A DNA stretch of 6,081 nt from a virus: the IMG/VR virus record IMGVR_UViG_3300020041_000056, positions 1 through 6,081 of that record. One strand, given 5' to 3'. Below, piece after piece: positions 4,191 through 6,081 of this stretch. Numbering within the stretch: the stretch's first letter is position 1; each line of letters begins with the position of its first letter. The notes beneath the pieces are model-generated. The model searched no databases. It was not told where the DNA came from and was given only the letters and a program-made list of their open reading frames with translations. Made by a program: the position numbers and the translations under genes.

Positions 4191-5999
4191 TTAACGATTA
4201 GACAAACGGGTTGCAAAAGTTTTATTAATCAAATTCTTTTTCTGAACAGAATAAGACATATTCACAAAGAAATTATCCTCTACATCGGAAGCAAAAGGAG
4301 AATTAACCTGTGACAAGTCAGTGAAAAGCATCGGATAATAAGGAACCTCAGGTAGACTACCGGAACCGCTATAGGTCTGAACAGCACGCTGCTGAACCCA
4401 ATAAGCATAAAGCGGTGTACCAGAACCACCCTCGGCTTCCGGGATACTGTAAGCTTGAAGTTGTCCTAAAACCTCGTCGTAGGAAGAGCGGAATTCGTTA
4501 AAGCAAGGCTCTGTAGCGAGGGATGATCCAGGATTACCATTAAAGGCAATTCGAAAAGAGGGTACATCCTGATAGCCGATATCATTATAAATAGGGTTAA
4601 AGTAGTCAGAACCCCTATAATTGAGATAGTCGGGCCTAATAAAAGACCAGTAGTAAACAGGACGAATACTCAACATATCAATCATATAGCCAGGCTCACG
4701 AAAGTAATAAGACTGACGACGACCAAGGCGGTCATTGAAAGCGATAGCACCACCTTGCTGACCAAGAGGTCCGCCAACGGAAGAAGTATCAAAATTATTC
4801 TGTCCGGCCTGGTTCATAACAATTTGCACATTGACGGTCTGCGAAGCGGAAAAAAGGAGCTTCGGACGATCGACGTGTTCGATCTTCGACGCAAAAAACG
4901 TATCCAACCAATCGCTAAAACGGTTGCCTCCAGCACCAAGAAGGTCCTTGTATTCCTGAAGACGAGAAGCAATAGCTAACTGCGGAATAGTGCTTACGCC
5001 CGTCATGGAAACAGCAGACGAAGAACCTACGGGGATAAGACGACTGAATCGGTCAGGGTTTGAGGGGACTACGGCCATAGGATGCGCAGTAACAAAATAG
5101 GCGCAGGAAGAATTACCTGTGGTAGTAGTCGAGGACGAAGTCTGAATGCTAATACCAGTAGTGCCCCAAAGTGAGCTAGACGGATAAAAGTCAGAGACAG
5201 GAAAACCATCGCTAGAGACAGAATCACTATCCAAATCAGATTTAATTATCTGCGAGAAAAGATTGCCACGATTAAAGGTATTATTCGAAGAAGTCAAGGC
5301 TGACGGGTAAAACTGGCCCTCATAAAAAGCATCAAGAAATTCGAGATTCCCGAAACACTGCGTAAAGAAACGGGATTTATCGGGGTTTTCAGGGTTGAGA
5401 ACATAAGCGGAACCGGAATAAATAATTTTATTAGCGATGGGCCAGGCGAAAGAGTAAAGGCCCCACTGCGAATAACCGTAATAATTACGAACGATATCCC
5501 AATAGGCCAAATACGAATCCGCGTTACTCCAAGTATCAATCGCCATGGAGGCAGGAAGGGATACGGAGGAGGGAGGATTAGGGGCGCCAGTGGTATACTT
5601 ATTTGCAATACGCAACCAAGACATCAACGAATTCGTATAAGCCGCACCGAAATAACCAATATTCATACCACCCTTTTGAGCCTGACAGGAGACTATCCAA
5701 TTCAAACTCAAGTTGTTCATGTCGAATTTACTGCTATTCGTCCTCATCTCGGGGTGATATAACTGGAGCGGCACCCAGAAACGGTGAAGACGAACAGTAT
5801 AGGGGTTAAACGTCGGAACAGCAAGAGGATTGCTACGAACGTCAATACCCTGCTCGATAGATACACGGTCACGAGCATTAATAAAATCAATTCGCACAGG
5901 ATACAAAATACCCGGAGTACATGTAAAAGCCTTACTCTCAGGAACATCGTATCGAGAGTAACCATTTACAACATGTGAAACGAAAGGTTGTTTTCCCAT
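4191..5999 (-). CDS. Major capsid protein (Microviridae VP1 / phiX174 F-like)
   Basis: 602 aa.
- N-terminal block NGYSRYDV...GILYPVRIDFINARDRVSI...RSNPLAVPTF...VRLHRFWVPLQLY fits the conserved Microviridae MCP N-terminal pattern (..P....e..PGD......R..P...P......FFVP.RL.W).
- The central block LQEYKDLLGAGGNRFSDWLDTFFASKIEHVDRPKLL fits the G.RY.e....FG.....RP..LG signature.
- PGYMIDMLSIRP also fits the family.
- ATG at 5997..5999 and TAA at 4191..4193. Confidence 0.95.
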   Translation of the reverse strand: MGKQPFVSHVVNGYSRYDVPESKAFTCTPGILYPVRIDFINARDRVSIEQGIDVRSNPLAVPTFNPYTVRLHRFWVPLQLYHPEMRTNSSKFDMNNLSLNWIVSCQAQKGGMNIGYFGAAYTNSLMSWLRIANKYTTGAPNPPSSVSLPASMAIDTWSNADSYLAYWDIVRNYYGYSQWGLYSFAWPIANKIIYSGSAYVLNPENPDKSRFFTQCFGNLEFLDAFYEGQFYPSALTSSNNTFNRGNLFSQIIKSDLDSDSVSSDGFPVSDFYPSSSLWGTTGISIQTSSSTTTTGNSSCAYFVTAHPMAVVPSNPDRFSRLIPVGSSSAVSMTGVSTIPQLAIASRLQEYKDLLGAGGNRFSDWLDTFFASKIEHVDRPKLLFSASQTVNVQIVMNQAGQNNFDTSSVGGPLGQQGGAIAFNDRLGRRQSYYFREPGYMIDMLSIRPVYYWSFIRPDYLNYRGSDYFNPIYNDIGYQDVPSFRIAFNGNPGSSLATEPCFNEFRSSYDEVLGQLQAYSIPEAEGGSGTPLYAYWVQQRAVQTYSGSGSLPEVPYYPMLFTDLSQVNSPFASDVEDNFFVNMSYSVQKKNLINKTFATRLSNR

Positions 6000-6081
6000 A
6001 AATTAAATAATTAGTTGAAGTTTATAATGGTCCTGCCAAAATTGGAGAATGTCCAAATCCAACCAGATAGGGGGATCAAAA
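5961..6081. repeat. Right copy of the 121-nt terminal redundancy. Positions 6003..6081 are a truncated duplicate of the Rep 3' end, not a separate gene.
   Basis: Identical to 1..121. Confidence 0.97.

Overview
The window is one complete circular ssDNA phage genome of the family Microviridae, linearised with a 121-nt exact terminal redundancy (1..121 = 5961..6081). The unit length is therefore 5,960 nt. It is shown as the reverse complement of the coding strand, so every credible gene is on the minus strand.

Gene order on the minus strand:
- 66-aa ORF
- Rep/VP4 (HUH rolling-circle initiator)
- VP1 major capsid protein, 602 aa
- 98-aa acidic ORF, possibly a scaffold
- 63-aa predicted lipoprotein
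- VP2 pilot protein, 422 aa
- 109-aa ORF
- 107-aa ORF
- a GC-rich, hairpin-dense intergenic region containing a terminator-like hairpin

Most gene junctions are extremely tight (TAATG, TAG-T-ATG, TAA-TT-ATG, TAA-TTT-ATG). No start codon is preceded by a Shine-Dalgarno motif. There is no phiX-type spike, no external scaffold gene and no recognisable lysis gene, and the capsid protein is large. Together these suggest a non-Bullavirinae microvirus, possibly with a Bacteroidota-type host; that host assignment is inference.

The most interesting items are:
- the tiny lipoprotein gene wedged in front of, and translationally coupled to, VP2
- the 67% GC hairpin cluster at 1337..1505
- the uncharacterised ORF109/ORF107 pair
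- the small ORF coupled to Rep by TAATG

I saw no tRNA, rRNA, CRISPR array, integrase or transposase.
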